From NCBI GenBank assembly GCA_031400935.1, contig JANNQV010000032.1:62001-126000 (forward strand): a stretch of 64,000 bases of DNA, in the 5' to 3' direction. Origin of the DNA: Armatimonadota bacterium (lineage in GTDB: Bacteria > Armatimonadota > Fimbriimonadia > Fimbriimonadales > Fimbriimonadaceae). The position numbers and the translations under genes are program-made. The notes beneath the pieces were generated by a model. The model made no database searches. It saw only the letters and a list, made by a program, of their open reading frames with translations, and was not told the origin of the DNA. Shown here piece after piece: positions 1-8,439 of this stretch. The first letter of the stretch is position 1; every line of letters begins with the position of its first letter.

Positions 1-853
1 CGGCGTTGCAAGCGCTTGCCGCATCGCACATCGCGTCCTTCACTTCGGAGATTTGACTTCCGCGTTCCGTCATGATGTTTCCTGCTTCTTCAGTTCGTTC
101 ACGAGTCTCGTTTCCTCGATCGTGAAGTTCCTGGCACTTGTTTTGCGTCTCATTATGAGTTTCTTCAACAGTCTGTCGGCTGTATTCGCTGACTTCCTCA
201 GTAGTAGCCTCGACCTGCTGGTTCAACTCGTCTACGAGCTGTTCCATCGTGCTGGTGAAATCGTCAACAGTGCTTTGCACCATATCTGAAAAATCGCCAG
301 AGATACGATCTTGGAGCGAAGAAACTCGTTCCTGCATCTGCTCTCCGATGCTAGACACGTGCTCGGTAGACTGGTCAGCCAATCTTTCGCACCAATTGGT
401 TGAGTTCTCTTGGAACTGAGACATGAGGTCAATGATCTGCTCGAAGAAACTCTCAGAATGCTCTTCGGTTTCATCGTTCGCCTCTTCAACCTTTGTCTTC
501 GCTTCGTCCGTGGATTCGGTAAGGGATTCAAACTTTTCGTTGGTTTCCTTCACCTTGTCTGCGAACTTTTCGGTCATCTCTTCGAGCTTCTCTTTGGACT
601 TGTTGAACTCTTCCTTCGCATCTTTGACTTGATTTTCGAGTTCTTCATGTCGCTGTTCGAGTTCGCTTTTCAGCTGCTCGATCTTGTCCATCAGCTCTTT
701 GATTTTATCTTCCGATTCTTGTTCTTCATCGTCTATTTTATGTCGAAAGTCATTAACTTCCTCATGCAAGCCTTCGATATCTTTTTGAACGCCTTCGTAG
801 ATTTTCAGTGTTACATCTGCTTCCGCTTCTATTAGTTCTGCTGGGTTTGCCAT
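1..853 (-). CDS. Acidic coiled-coil (apolipoprotein-like) protein, 3' end runs off the window; 4th gene of a tandem array
   Basis: Not in the ORF track because there is no stop in the window. Manual translation from ATG at 853 (RBS AGGAG at 861-865) gives MANPAELIEAEADVTLKIYEGVQKDIEGLHEEVNDFRHKIDDEEQESEDKIKELMDKIEQLKSELEQ..., open to position 1 and very D/E-rich. Confidence 0.85.
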   Translation of the reverse strand, partial: MANPAELIEAEADVTLKIYEGVQKDIEGLHEEVNDFRHKIDDEEQESEDKIKELMDKIEQLKSELEQRHEELENQVKDAKEEFNKSKEKLEEMTEKFADKVKETNEKFESLTESTDEAKTKVEEANDETEEHSESFFEQIIDLMSQFQENSTNWCERLADQSTEHVSSIGEQMQERVSSLQDRISGDFSDMVQSTVDDFTSTMEQLVDELNQQVEATTEEVSEYSRQTVEETHNETQNKCQELHDRGNETRERTEEAGNIMTERGSQISEVKDAMCDAASACNA

Positions 854-877
854 TGTTTTTCTCCTGGACCTATGTCC

Positions 878-1795
878 TTACATGCACCCCATGAGGCCGC
901 CGACCATATCGGTCAGACCTTCGAATACATCGCTTAGCGAATCGAGAATCTCTTCAACCCCTGAGTTAGAGCTGTTGCCTTCTTCGCTGGATCCGAATAT
1001 CTGATCAATTGCATCGTTGCCCACTTCAGTCAACTGGTCAACAAAATCTGTGATCAGTTGTTTGAGGGCGTCCTCGATCTGTTGCTGAGCCATGTCAATG
1101 ACTGAATCAATTCCACTTACGATGGCTTCTTCGGTCATTTGCTGCAAGGAATCTTTCATCGTTCCTGATGTATCTTCCATGGTTGACTTGGCTTTGTCAA
1201 ACTCGCTCGAGGTTCGATCTTGGTTGTCTGCCGTGTGGCTTTGGAAATCCGAAGTCGTGCTTGACGCATCGTCTTGCCTCGACTTGGTATCGTTGTGGAA
1301 GTTTTCGACGTCTCCCTTGAAGCTGTCGTGAGTGTCCGCTTGTTTGCTCTTCACATCACCCAGGGTCTGCGTATGGTTATCGAAGTGATCCTTCGTTTGG
1401 CCTTGGCGATCCTTCAGCTTTTCGTTAGTTTGATCGTGCGATTCCTTGAGGTTGTCCGAGCTTTCTTGAAGATCTTTCAGCTTATCCTTTGCATCAGATT
1501 CGCTTTCGTCAATCTGCTTACGCATATCTCCGAACTTCTCAGAAAGTTCATCGGCCTCGTCTTTCAGCTCATCGAGCCATTCTTCGGCTTCGCCTTGCAT
1601 CTTTTGTAGTAGCTCTTCAAGTTCATCGAGGGCTTTCTCGGCGTCTTCGCCAAGTTGCTCCAAATTGCTCTTGAATTCTTTTACTTCGTTTATCGCTTCT
1701 TCTATGTCGTCGGCCAAGTGGCCTACATCGTTGGGAACTTGTATTGCCGTATCCAACATATCGGTTACGGTTTGACTATCTGCTGCTCCTGCCAT
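878..1795 (-). CDS. Acidic coiled-coil (apolipoprotein-like) protein, 305 aa
   Basis: Long ORF with RBS AGGAGAAAAACA-ATG; D/E-rich amphipathic helices, C-terminus ...LTDMVGGLMGCM; no signal peptide. Confidence 0.85.
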   Translation of the reverse strand: MAGAADSQTVTDMLDTAIQVPNDVGHLADDIEEAINEVKEFKSNLEQLGEDAEKALDELEELLQKMQGEAEEWLDELKDEADELSEKFGDMRKQIDESESDAKDKLKDLQESSDNLKESHDQTNEKLKDRQGQTKDHFDNHTQTLGDVKSKQADTHDSFKGDVENFHNDTKSRQDDASSTTSDFQSHTADNQDRTSSEFDKAKSTMEDTSGTMKDSLQQMTEEAIVSGIDSVIDMAQQQIEDALKQLITDFVDQLTEVGNDAIDQIFGSSEEGNSSNSGVEEILDSLSDVFEGLTDMVGGLMGCM

Positions 1796-1815
1796 TGTTT
1801 TTCTCCTCTAATTTT

Positions 1816-2748
1816 CTAGAATGCGTCCATCAACATCTTGATGAACTCGACAACCTCTTTTACGACCATGAGGGCTGGCAACCAAGGCGAGATCGCACCA
1901 GTTATCGAAGCGCCAATGCCCATCTGGACTGTGCACTCGATAATCGTAGTGATCATTTCTTGGATGGCTTCTTGGATCATTCTCATAAAGAGCTCCTTGA
2001 AGGCGTCCATAACTTCGCTCTCTACGTGCTCCATCAGGTTGCTCATCATTTCTTCGGCCCGATCGCCAAGCTGTGAGGCTTGATCGGTTGCGGCTTGAGA
2101 AAGTGAGTCGAACGTCATTTCCATCACGTCCGAGAAACCCTCTACCGCGCTTGGCAACAAGTTGCCAGAAATGTCTTCTACCATGCCACGCATGTCAGAG
2201 GCTGCTGATTCGACCGTATCAGTCAGTTCTCCGCTGACGGCGTCCATAAATTCGCCGACTTTGGATTCAGTGTCAGAGGCAAGATCGCCGATTTGGCCGA
2301 GCAGGTCGCCCATGTGTTCGCCAAGATCGCCAAATACGTCAGATAGACCGCTAGTTAGTTCTTCCATCAGTTCTTCGAAAGCTGAAAGATTCTCTTCTGT
2401 TTCGCCTACCTGCTCTTGCAGATTGTCGTGAGTCTCCTTGACGGAGTCAAAGTCATCGCTGATTTTCTCTTTGCAATCTTTGAGTTCATCAACCGAATTT
2501 TCTTTGTCTTCGTCCATTTGGTCAGTCGCTTCGTCTTCAAATTTGACGATATCGTCCATTACTTGAAGAAAGCTGTCTGAGCTACGTTCTGTGTCTGTCG
2601 TATCGAAGTGATCTTCGAGCTTAGGAAGCTCGTCAATTTCATTATCGAGCTGATCGAGTTCATCATTTGAATCGTCAATCTTGTCCGACGCCGACTTCAG
2701 CAAATCACTCCGCTCATCTATAGCTTGAAACATCTCAGGAAATGTCAT
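1816..2748 (-). CDS. Acidic coiled-coil protein with hydrophobic C-terminal segment, 310 aa
   Basis: ORF with RBS AAGGAG; hydrophobic tail MGIGASITGAISPWLPALMVVKEVVEFIKMLMDAF. Confidence 0.85.
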   Translation of the reverse strand: MTFPEMFQAIDERSDLLKSASDKIDDSNDELDQLDNEIDELPKLEDHFDTTDTERSSDSFLQVMDDIVKFEDEATDQMDEDKENSVDELKDCKEKISDDFDSVKETHDNLQEQVGETEENLSAFEELMEELTSGLSDVFGDLGEHMGDLLGQIGDLASDTESKVGEFMDAVSGELTDTVESAASDMRGMVEDISGNLLPSAVEGFSDVMEMTFDSLSQAATDQASQLGDRAEEMMSNLMEHVESEVMDAFKELFMRMIQEAIQEMITTIIECTVQMGIGASITGAISPWLPALMVVKEVVEFIKMLMDAF

Positions 2749-2781
2749 TTTCTTTTCTCCTTGCTTTTAAGCGGTCATTGG

Positions 2782-3669
2782 CTACGTGGGGATCAGCCCG
2801 CACATTTCGAGGACTGGTTCGATCATGTGATAGATTTCCATAACTTGATCGAGTGTGTCGAGGATGCCACCAACTTTTTCTTCGATGATGTCGAGCGGCT
2901 CGCCAAGATATTCGCCCACCGACATGATGGTTCCGCCGAGGTCGCCAGCTAAACTTTCGATAAGCGGGATGGCGCCACCCTTGAAAACATCGTCAAGTGT
3001 GCTTTGGCTATCCTGATTTCTCGAATCGAGTGCATCAAGGATATTGTGCTGCTCATCTTCCATCTGCGAAGTGAGGTCTTGGAATTGGCTCTGTATGTCA
3101 CTGAGCGTTGATTCCATGAACGACTCGAAGTCGTCTATGGAGCTTGTGAGCGAATCGAACGCCTCAGAAAGTTGGTTTTCGAACTCATCGCAACCGCTGC
3201 CGAGCTCGTCAATGTGATCGTCGCCGGAGGATTTTTCGCTGTCAATCCTATCCTGTGAGTCGTCGTGCTTGCCTCGGACGTTTTCCATTCCAGAGGAAAT
3301 AGAATCTGCTCCTTGCTCGCGCTGTTCCGAAAGTTCTTCGGATGTGGACTGTGTCTCGTCGCAAAACTCTTCGAAGTCATCGAATTGTTTTTCTACGTCG
3401 TCAATCGTGTCCTGAAGAGCTTTCATCAGGTTCTCGATTGCGGTTTTAGTGTTGTCGCTGTGGTCTTCGCTTTCTTTGCCGATGTCGTCCAGCTTTTCGC
3501 CAGCTTCGTCAACTACCTTTTGAATGTTGTCCACTTTTTGGAAGATATCTTGGCAGTCTTTGAACTGCTTCTCCCACTTCGTAACGTCATTCCCAAGGTT
3601 TTGGGCTTCTCCACCAAGTTCTTTGATTTTATCTACTGCTTCTTGTACATTTTCTGCTAGGGAAGGCAT
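2782..3669 (-). CDS. Acidic coiled-coil protein, first gene of the array (start refined to ATG of MPSLAEN)
   Basis: GGGGTG RBS before ATG at 3669; same acidic helical composition; amphipathic C-terminus ...EPVLEMCGLIPT. Confidence 0.82.
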   Translation of the reverse strand: MPSLAENVQEAVDKIKELGGEAQNLGNDVTKWEKQFKDCQDIFQKVDNIQKVVDEAGEKLDDIGKESEDHSDNTKTAIENLMKALQDTIDDVEKQFDDFEEFCDETQSTSEELSEQREQGADSISSGMENVRGKHDDSQDRIDSEKSSGDDHIDELGSGCDEFENQLSEAFDSLTSSIDDFESFMESTLSDIQSQFQDLTSQMEDEQHNILDALDSRNQDSQSTLDDVFKGGAIPLIESLAGDLGGTIMSVGEYLGEPLDIIEEKVGGILDTLDQVMEIYHMIEPVLEMCGLIPT

Positions 3670-3756
3670 ATTTTCACCCCGTTCTAACTTCACGTTCAGG
3701 AAATTCTTGGGAAGCCTTCGGAGCGCCCTCGTTATTCCTGAATCGCTTGACCACGT

Positions 3757-3785
3757 ATTATATCAGCATGTTCCAGAAAAAACAA
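3757..3785 (-). promoter_or_regulatory. sigma70 promoter of the coiled-coil operon
   Basis: Minus strand TTGTTT (3780-3785), 17-nt spacer, extended -10 TGaTATAAT (3757-3765). Confidence 0.6.
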
Positions 3786-3804
3786 GGGTTTTTTGAAAAT
3801 TTTG

Positions 3805-4569
3805 TTAATTATTTTTCGAAGAAGCCAAAATTGAAGCTAACCACCCATATGCAAGCATTGCTTTAAGTGTTAGTTCCGTCATATCGCCACTAGGACTTTC
3901 GCCAGCAGCTACCAATATCCAGTCGCTTCCAACTTCTTCCAATCCTTTAGTAGTAGAGGGATCTACACCCGCTTGCAATTGCGCCTCAATAAGAATTCTC
4001 TGCAAGATAACAAACGCAGCGTCAAATGGCATGATTCGATTCTGCATTGAGGCTCCAAAGTGATCACAGATCAAACTTGATATGTGCGTAAGTAATGTTG
4101 GTAGTGCGAGCGCAGGGGTCTTTTTCCATGCATCTCCTATTATCATTAGTGATGCATTTTGCTCTTCAGATAACAATAGAATTTCTAACCAAAAAGACTT
4201 CACTCCATTGCCCTGCATAAGTGACTTTCTTTTTCCAAAATAAGTGATCGGAATAAGCCATCCATTTCCCCACAATTCTGAGGCTTCTCTTTTCGATTTA
4301 TTCTTGCGGATTTGTGCGACAAAAGATGAGTTAGAAAGCACTGCTTTTGCGATGCGATCTTGCACTGGTTTTTTGCGCGATTGAAGCACCTCAGTTACCG
4401 ACACCAATTTCGTTTGCATGTCGCGCAATTCTGGGCCGTGTTCTCGCAATAGTTTCGTCAGCTTTTCTCGCTGTTCCGGTGACATCGAATCCAGCTTCGC
4501 TTGAAGCTGCTTCATATCGCTCATTGTCTTGTCAAGTCTTGCCTTTGCGTTTTCAGATTCGTTGCTCAT
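3805..4569 (-). CDS. Hypothetical protein, N-terminal coiled coil, 254 aa
   Basis: Long ORF, AT-richer than its neighbours; no motif recognised. Confidence 0.65.
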   Translation of the reverse strand: MSNESENAKARLDKTMSDMKQLQAKLDSMSPEQREKLTKLLREHGPELRDMQTKLVSVTEVLQSRKKPVQDRIAKAVLSNSSFVAQIRKNKSKREASELWGNGWLIPITYFGKRKSLMQGNGVKSFWLEILLLSEEQNASLMIIGDAWKKTPALALPTLLTHISSLICDHFGASMQNRIMPFDAAFVILQRILIEAQLQAGVDPSTTKGLEEVGSDWILVAAGESPSGDMTELTLKAMLAYGWLASILASSKNN

Positions 4570-4636
4570 TTTTTATCTCGTTTTTTGGTCTTGTTCTGTG
4601 ATTAAAATTGTTTTGGTTCGACTCCAAAATTCTAGG

Positions 4637-5506
4637 TCAATCGAACAGCGTTTTTGCTAGGTGATTTTTCAACGTGTTTTCCAGTTCGTTTTCGTTGGAA
4701 ATCGGTTCTCCTCCGCGCCTCAGAATCTCTTCGCATCCCGGACCTCCCGTGGTCCAAATTGCCACCCTTCCAATGCTCTTGGAAATTGCCTCGATGGCAC
4801 CCGACCAAGTTCCTCCAGCGCCTATGTCCGATTGTACTACGATTGTCAGCAATCCTTGCGCATATATAAGTTTGTTGCGAGACATCGCATTTCCTGCACT
4901 AAATGCAGCGTCCGGCGAAAATGGCGAGACTAGGCAAATCTGGTCGGGGTCAACATCCCCTCGGATGGATTTGGCAAGCTCAGGTGTGATTCCTATGCAT
5001 TTTCCGCCCGCTTCAAGGGCCGCTCCCATCGAAACCTGGTCTATTCCCCGCGCAGCGCCGCTCACGACGCTCAAACCAAGCCTAACGGCTTCGACTGCCA
5101 ATTCTTTGGCGAATTCGCGAGCCCCATCGCTTGCGTCCCGGGAACCCACTACCCCAACAGCTTCTCTATTCAAAAGGGAATTGTTTCCAAAAACAAAGAG
5201 AAATCTGGGAGATCGTTCGCCAAAAGTCCCAGTCCATCTGTCAGGATAGCCGGGATCGCCGTAGCAAATCGGGTGGATATCACGTTCGCGCCAGATTTCT
5301 AAGGCCCGCTCGAAATCTTCCAGGCGGCTCCAACGGTCTTCGAGCGCATGAATCGAGGTCTGGTCAATTTGGCTGCGAAACGCAGCCAGACTGGCTTCTG
5401 GGTCTTCTTCGACTAGGTTCCAAGCCAGGCGAATGACTTCCCCGCTTGGTCTTGAAAGGTCGCGAATCAGTTCCGTTGCCAAAGCGGCTCTTTGAATGAG
5501 AATCAA
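4637..5506 (-). CDS. dprA: DprA/Smf-family DNA-processing protein (RqlI-like)
   Basis: Motifs YP..., VGVVGSRDAS, VVSGAARGID, AMSRNKLIY, GGTWSGA. Likely TTG start at 5506 overlapping the helicase stop (TTGA), preceded by AAGGAG. Confidence 0.88.
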   Translation of the reverse strand: MILIQRAALATELIRDLSRPSGEVIRLAWNLVEEDPEASLAAFRSQIDQTSIHALEDRWSRLEDFERALEIWRERDIHPICYGDPGYPDRWTGTFGERSPRFLFVFGNNSLLNREAVGVVGSRDASDGAREFAKELAVEAVRLGLSVVSGAARGIDQVSMGAALEAGGKCIGITPELAKSIRGDVDPDQICLVSPFSPDAAFSAGNAMSRNKLIYAQGLLTIVVQSDIGAGGTWSGAIEAISKSIGRVAIWTTGGPGCEEILRRGGEPISNENELENTLKNHLAKTLFD

Positions 5507-7557
5507 TTCTGGCTCCTTGGTTTCGCAGTTGCAAGAGCAAATGGAATCACGGCTGCGCATCCCCTTTCTCGCAGCGCCATGCCAATTACCGTCAATGTCC
5601 AGCCTGAATCCACAATGTCGTCCACCAGCAGGCACCGCCCCGGCAGCACTTCGCCAACTTCAAAAACATCCATCACGTTCGCAAATTGTGCATGAGAATG
5701 GAGCATCGCCTTTTGCGGCAAATTTTCCACACGCTTTGAAACCGAGTCCAAAAATGGGATTTCTAGCTTCGCTGCGAGTAATCGGGCGAATTCTGGGACA
5801 AATCGCTTTATTTGGGATGGAACTGCTGCCACCCAATCGGGTGTCAAGCCTGCTTCACAGATGGCTTCGGCGGCGGCTTCCACCAATTCAATCTCAAAGT
5901 GCTCGCCTCGATACTTGGCTTGCTTCACCATTCGCCCAAATCCGCTGTCATTGTATATGGAAAGCGCGAGCCCAGCTTCTAGTCGAAGCCCTTCCGGTAT
6001 TTTCTTGCCCCGAGCCTCCGGCCCCATTGCTGGAAGCATTGCTCTTGGTTCGATTGTGAATCTTGCTGACCGGAGAAACATTTCCGCAGCCCGGATTCTT
6101 GCCGGATCGAGGGTTAACAATGCATGAGGCTGGCAGTTGTCGCATCGCCCACATGATTTGATGGAATTGTCTCCTAGTGCTTCTCCAACCAATTGCATTC
6201 GGCACTTTTCCGTTCGAGCGAAGTTCAGCATTTCGTCGCTGTCGTCCAATCTCTTCTTTTGCAGTGCCATATATCGCGCGATATCAAACCGCTTTGGCTT
6301 CTCGGGCAGCTGATAGCCACCAGTTTTCTTCCTTTCGATTGAATCGTCTACTTCAAGAATTGAAAGCGCCTGATAAAGCAGGCTTGCCGAAACTTTGAGT
6401 CCCCTTCCAAGTTCAGCAGGGCTCTTCGGTTCATTTGAAACATTGGACAATATGTGCTCGAAGACCCGAATTGGCGGGATCGAGGTCATCGCAAAGTGCT
6501 CTGCGATCTCTTGATCCCCTTCTGAAAACAAAAGACAGGCGAATGCAGAATCGAGCATTCGACCCGCCCTTCCGATTTGCTGATAAAAGGCAAGAATCGA
6601 GGGCGGTAGCTGGTAGTGAACGACAAATCCGACGTCAGATTTGTCGTACCCCATTCCCAAAGCCGAGGTCGCAACAACTGCTTTCAGTTGGTTGCCGCCA
6701 AATTGAGCCTCAGTTTCTAACCTTTGTTCGTGAGGAACAATTGAATGATACGCGGCGGCAGCTATGCCAACGGATTTCAAATATTCGGCAACTTGGTCGG
6801 CATCGTGGACAGTAAGCGTGTAAACAATCCCCGAACCAGGAAAGCGAGTCAAGTACTTTTCGAGCCAAGCTAGTCGCTCAGCGTGAGTCGGCAGTTCAAA
6901 TGAGGACAATCTGAGGCTTTCTCGCAAAATGGTTCCGCGCAGAACCTTCATTTCGCTACCTAACTGAGCGATCACGTCTTCGATCACCTTATCTGTTGCT
7001 GTTGCGGTCGTTGCCAAAATGGAGGAGACCGTGGGAATTCGCTCGACGAGCTGAATAATTCGACGGTAATCAGGCCGAAAATCGTGTCCCCAATCGCTGA
7101 TGCAGTGCGCTTCGTCAATCACAAGGAGCCCGATTTGGTTCATCAGAGAATTCAGAACAGTCTGGAATTGCTGATTTGCCAATCGTTCTGGCGAAACGAA
7201 GAGTACGTCAATCTCCTTTCGATCTAGCAGGTCAACGATGTGATCCCACTCTTCTGAATTGGTTGAATTTATGGTTGCCGCTCGCAAACCGAACTTGTTC
7301 GCCATCTCGATTTGATTTCGCATTAAAGCCAAGAGCGGGGAGAGAAGGAGTGTCATTCCTCGGCCCGCTTGGCGGTTTATTGCAGTTGCGACGAAATAGA
7401 CAATGCTCTTTCCCCAGCCTGTCCGCTGGACGATCAGCAATCGAGAACCTTCGTTTTGGACTGCTTGAATGGCCTCCCATTGGCCATCGCGATACTCGGC
7501 CGAGGGCCCAAGGGCCTTTTTCAGTAGCTCGCTAGCGATATTTTCTACGGTTGTCAT
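5503..7557 (-). CDS. RecQ-family ATP-dependent helicase with C-terminal phosphoribosyltransferase-like domain (RqlH-like)
   Basis: RTGWGKS, DEAHCISDWGHDFRPDY, QQIGRAGR, Zn motif CR..CGRCDNC, then PRTase motif CLLVDDIVDSGWT. Confidence 0.92.
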   Translation of the reverse strand: MTTVENIASELLKKALGPSAEYRDGQWEAIQAVQNEGSRLLIVQRTGWGKSIVYFVATAINRQAGRGMTLLLSPLLALMRNQIEMANKFGLRAATINSTNSEEWDHIVDLLDRKEIDVLFVSPERLANQQFQTVLNSLMNQIGLLVIDEAHCISDWGHDFRPDYRRIIQLVERIPTVSSILATTATATDKVIEDVIAQLGSEMKVLRGTILRESLRLSSFELPTHAERLAWLEKYLTRFPGSGIVYTLTVHDADQVAEYLKSVGIAAAAYHSIVPHEQRLETEAQFGGNQLKAVVATSALGMGYDKSDVGFVVHYQLPPSILAFYQQIGRAGRMLDSAFACLLFSEGDQEIAEHFAMTSIPPIRVFEHILSNVSNEPKSPAELGRGLKVSASLLYQALSILEVDDSIERKKTGGYQLPEKPKRFDIARYMALQKKRLDDSDEMLNFARTEKCRMQLVGEALGDNSIKSCGRCDNCQPHALLTLDPARIRAAEMFLRSARFTIEPRAMLPAMGPEARGKKIPEGLRLEAGLALSIYNDSGFGRMVKQAKYRGEHFEIELVEAAAEAICEAGLTPDWVAAVPSQIKRFVPEFARLLAAKLEIPFLDSVSKRVENLPQKAMLHSHAQFANVMDVFEVGEVLPGRCLLVDDIVDSGWTLTVIGMALRERGCAAVIPFALATAKPRSQN

Positions 7558-7611
7558 GCTGAAATCCGCCTTGTTCGGGCGGTATCCTTATAGCTCCAAC
7601 GTGAGGAAGCC

Positions 7612-8196
7612 ATGAACCGAATCCAAGAACTCGACGCCATTGTTAAACAGTATGATCTGAACGCCCATCCATTCTATCAAGATTGGCGCATGGGAACCCT
7701 GCCTGTTGAAAAACTTCGCGATTATGCCGCTGAGTATGGCAAGTTCGTCGGAACGATTTCAGATGGCTGGGAAACGCTGAACTTGGAAAAATGCGTCGCC
7801 GAAGAAAAGTACCATCAGCAGCTTTGGGCAGATTTTGAGCTCGAGATCGGCGCAACTGCGGGTCAAAACCACTCGACGACGGAAACTTTGGTATCGGTTG
7901 CTCAAAATTGTTTCAAGACCAAGACTCAGGCAATCGGCGCTCTTTACGCATTTGAAGCTCAGAATCCTGAAACTACCAAGAGCAAATACGACGGCTTGAC
8001 CGAGCACTATGGAACAAGTGAGAAAGGCAAGAAGTACTTTTTGGTACATACAACAGACTTTAACGAAATCACACTGTTGCGCGAAATGTTGGAAGGTTTG
8101 AGCGAAGCCGAGTTTCGGCAAGTAAAGAATGCCTGCGTTTCCATGTGCGCTGCAATGCTTGGCGGGCTGGATGGTGTTTACGACTTGGCTGCGTAG
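7612..8196 (+). CDS. Heme-oxygenase-like diiron protein (PqqC/TenA/CADD family)
   Basis: HPFYQDWRMG, EEKYH, GALYAFEAQ, YFLVH pattern typical of PqqC/CADD-like proteins. Confidence 0.7.
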   Translation: MNRIQELDAIVKQYDLNAHPFYQDWRMGTLPVEKLRDYAAEYGKFVGTISDGWETLNLEKCVAEEKYHQQLWADFELEIGATAGQNHSTTETLVSVAQNCFKTKTQAIGALYAFEAQNPETTKSKYDGLTEHYGTSEKGKKYFLVHTTDFNEITLLREMLEGLSEAEFRQVKNACVSMCAAMLGGLDGVYDLAA

Positions 8197-8439
8197 CATT
8201 CTTGGTAGAGTCCCGCTTCATGTAGGACATATGGGACACATGAGACTCAAATTGCACATTTGTCCTACGTATCCAAAATGTACTACAAAGTCTTGAACAT
8301 CTCAAACCCTAACAAACTGAACTAGGATTGCAGTAAAACTACGAGTTTTTTTGCTTCCCACCTATAAGGAAGTGGTTAGTCAATTGCCGACAATTTCCTT
8401 AGACCGGCGCAGAACCTGTGCGCGGATTGGGAAAACAAA

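Noticed and set aside
53..3660. Many plus-strand hydrophobic ORFs (e.g. 410-835, 1274-1609, 3265-3660)
   Set aside because: Antisense shadows of the GAA/GAT-rich coiled-coil genes; no SD, and fully overlapped by better minus-strand CDSs
5507..5635. N-terminal extension of DprA in the ORF track
   Set aside because: Lies inside the helicase CDS; a coupled TTG start with SD exists at 5506
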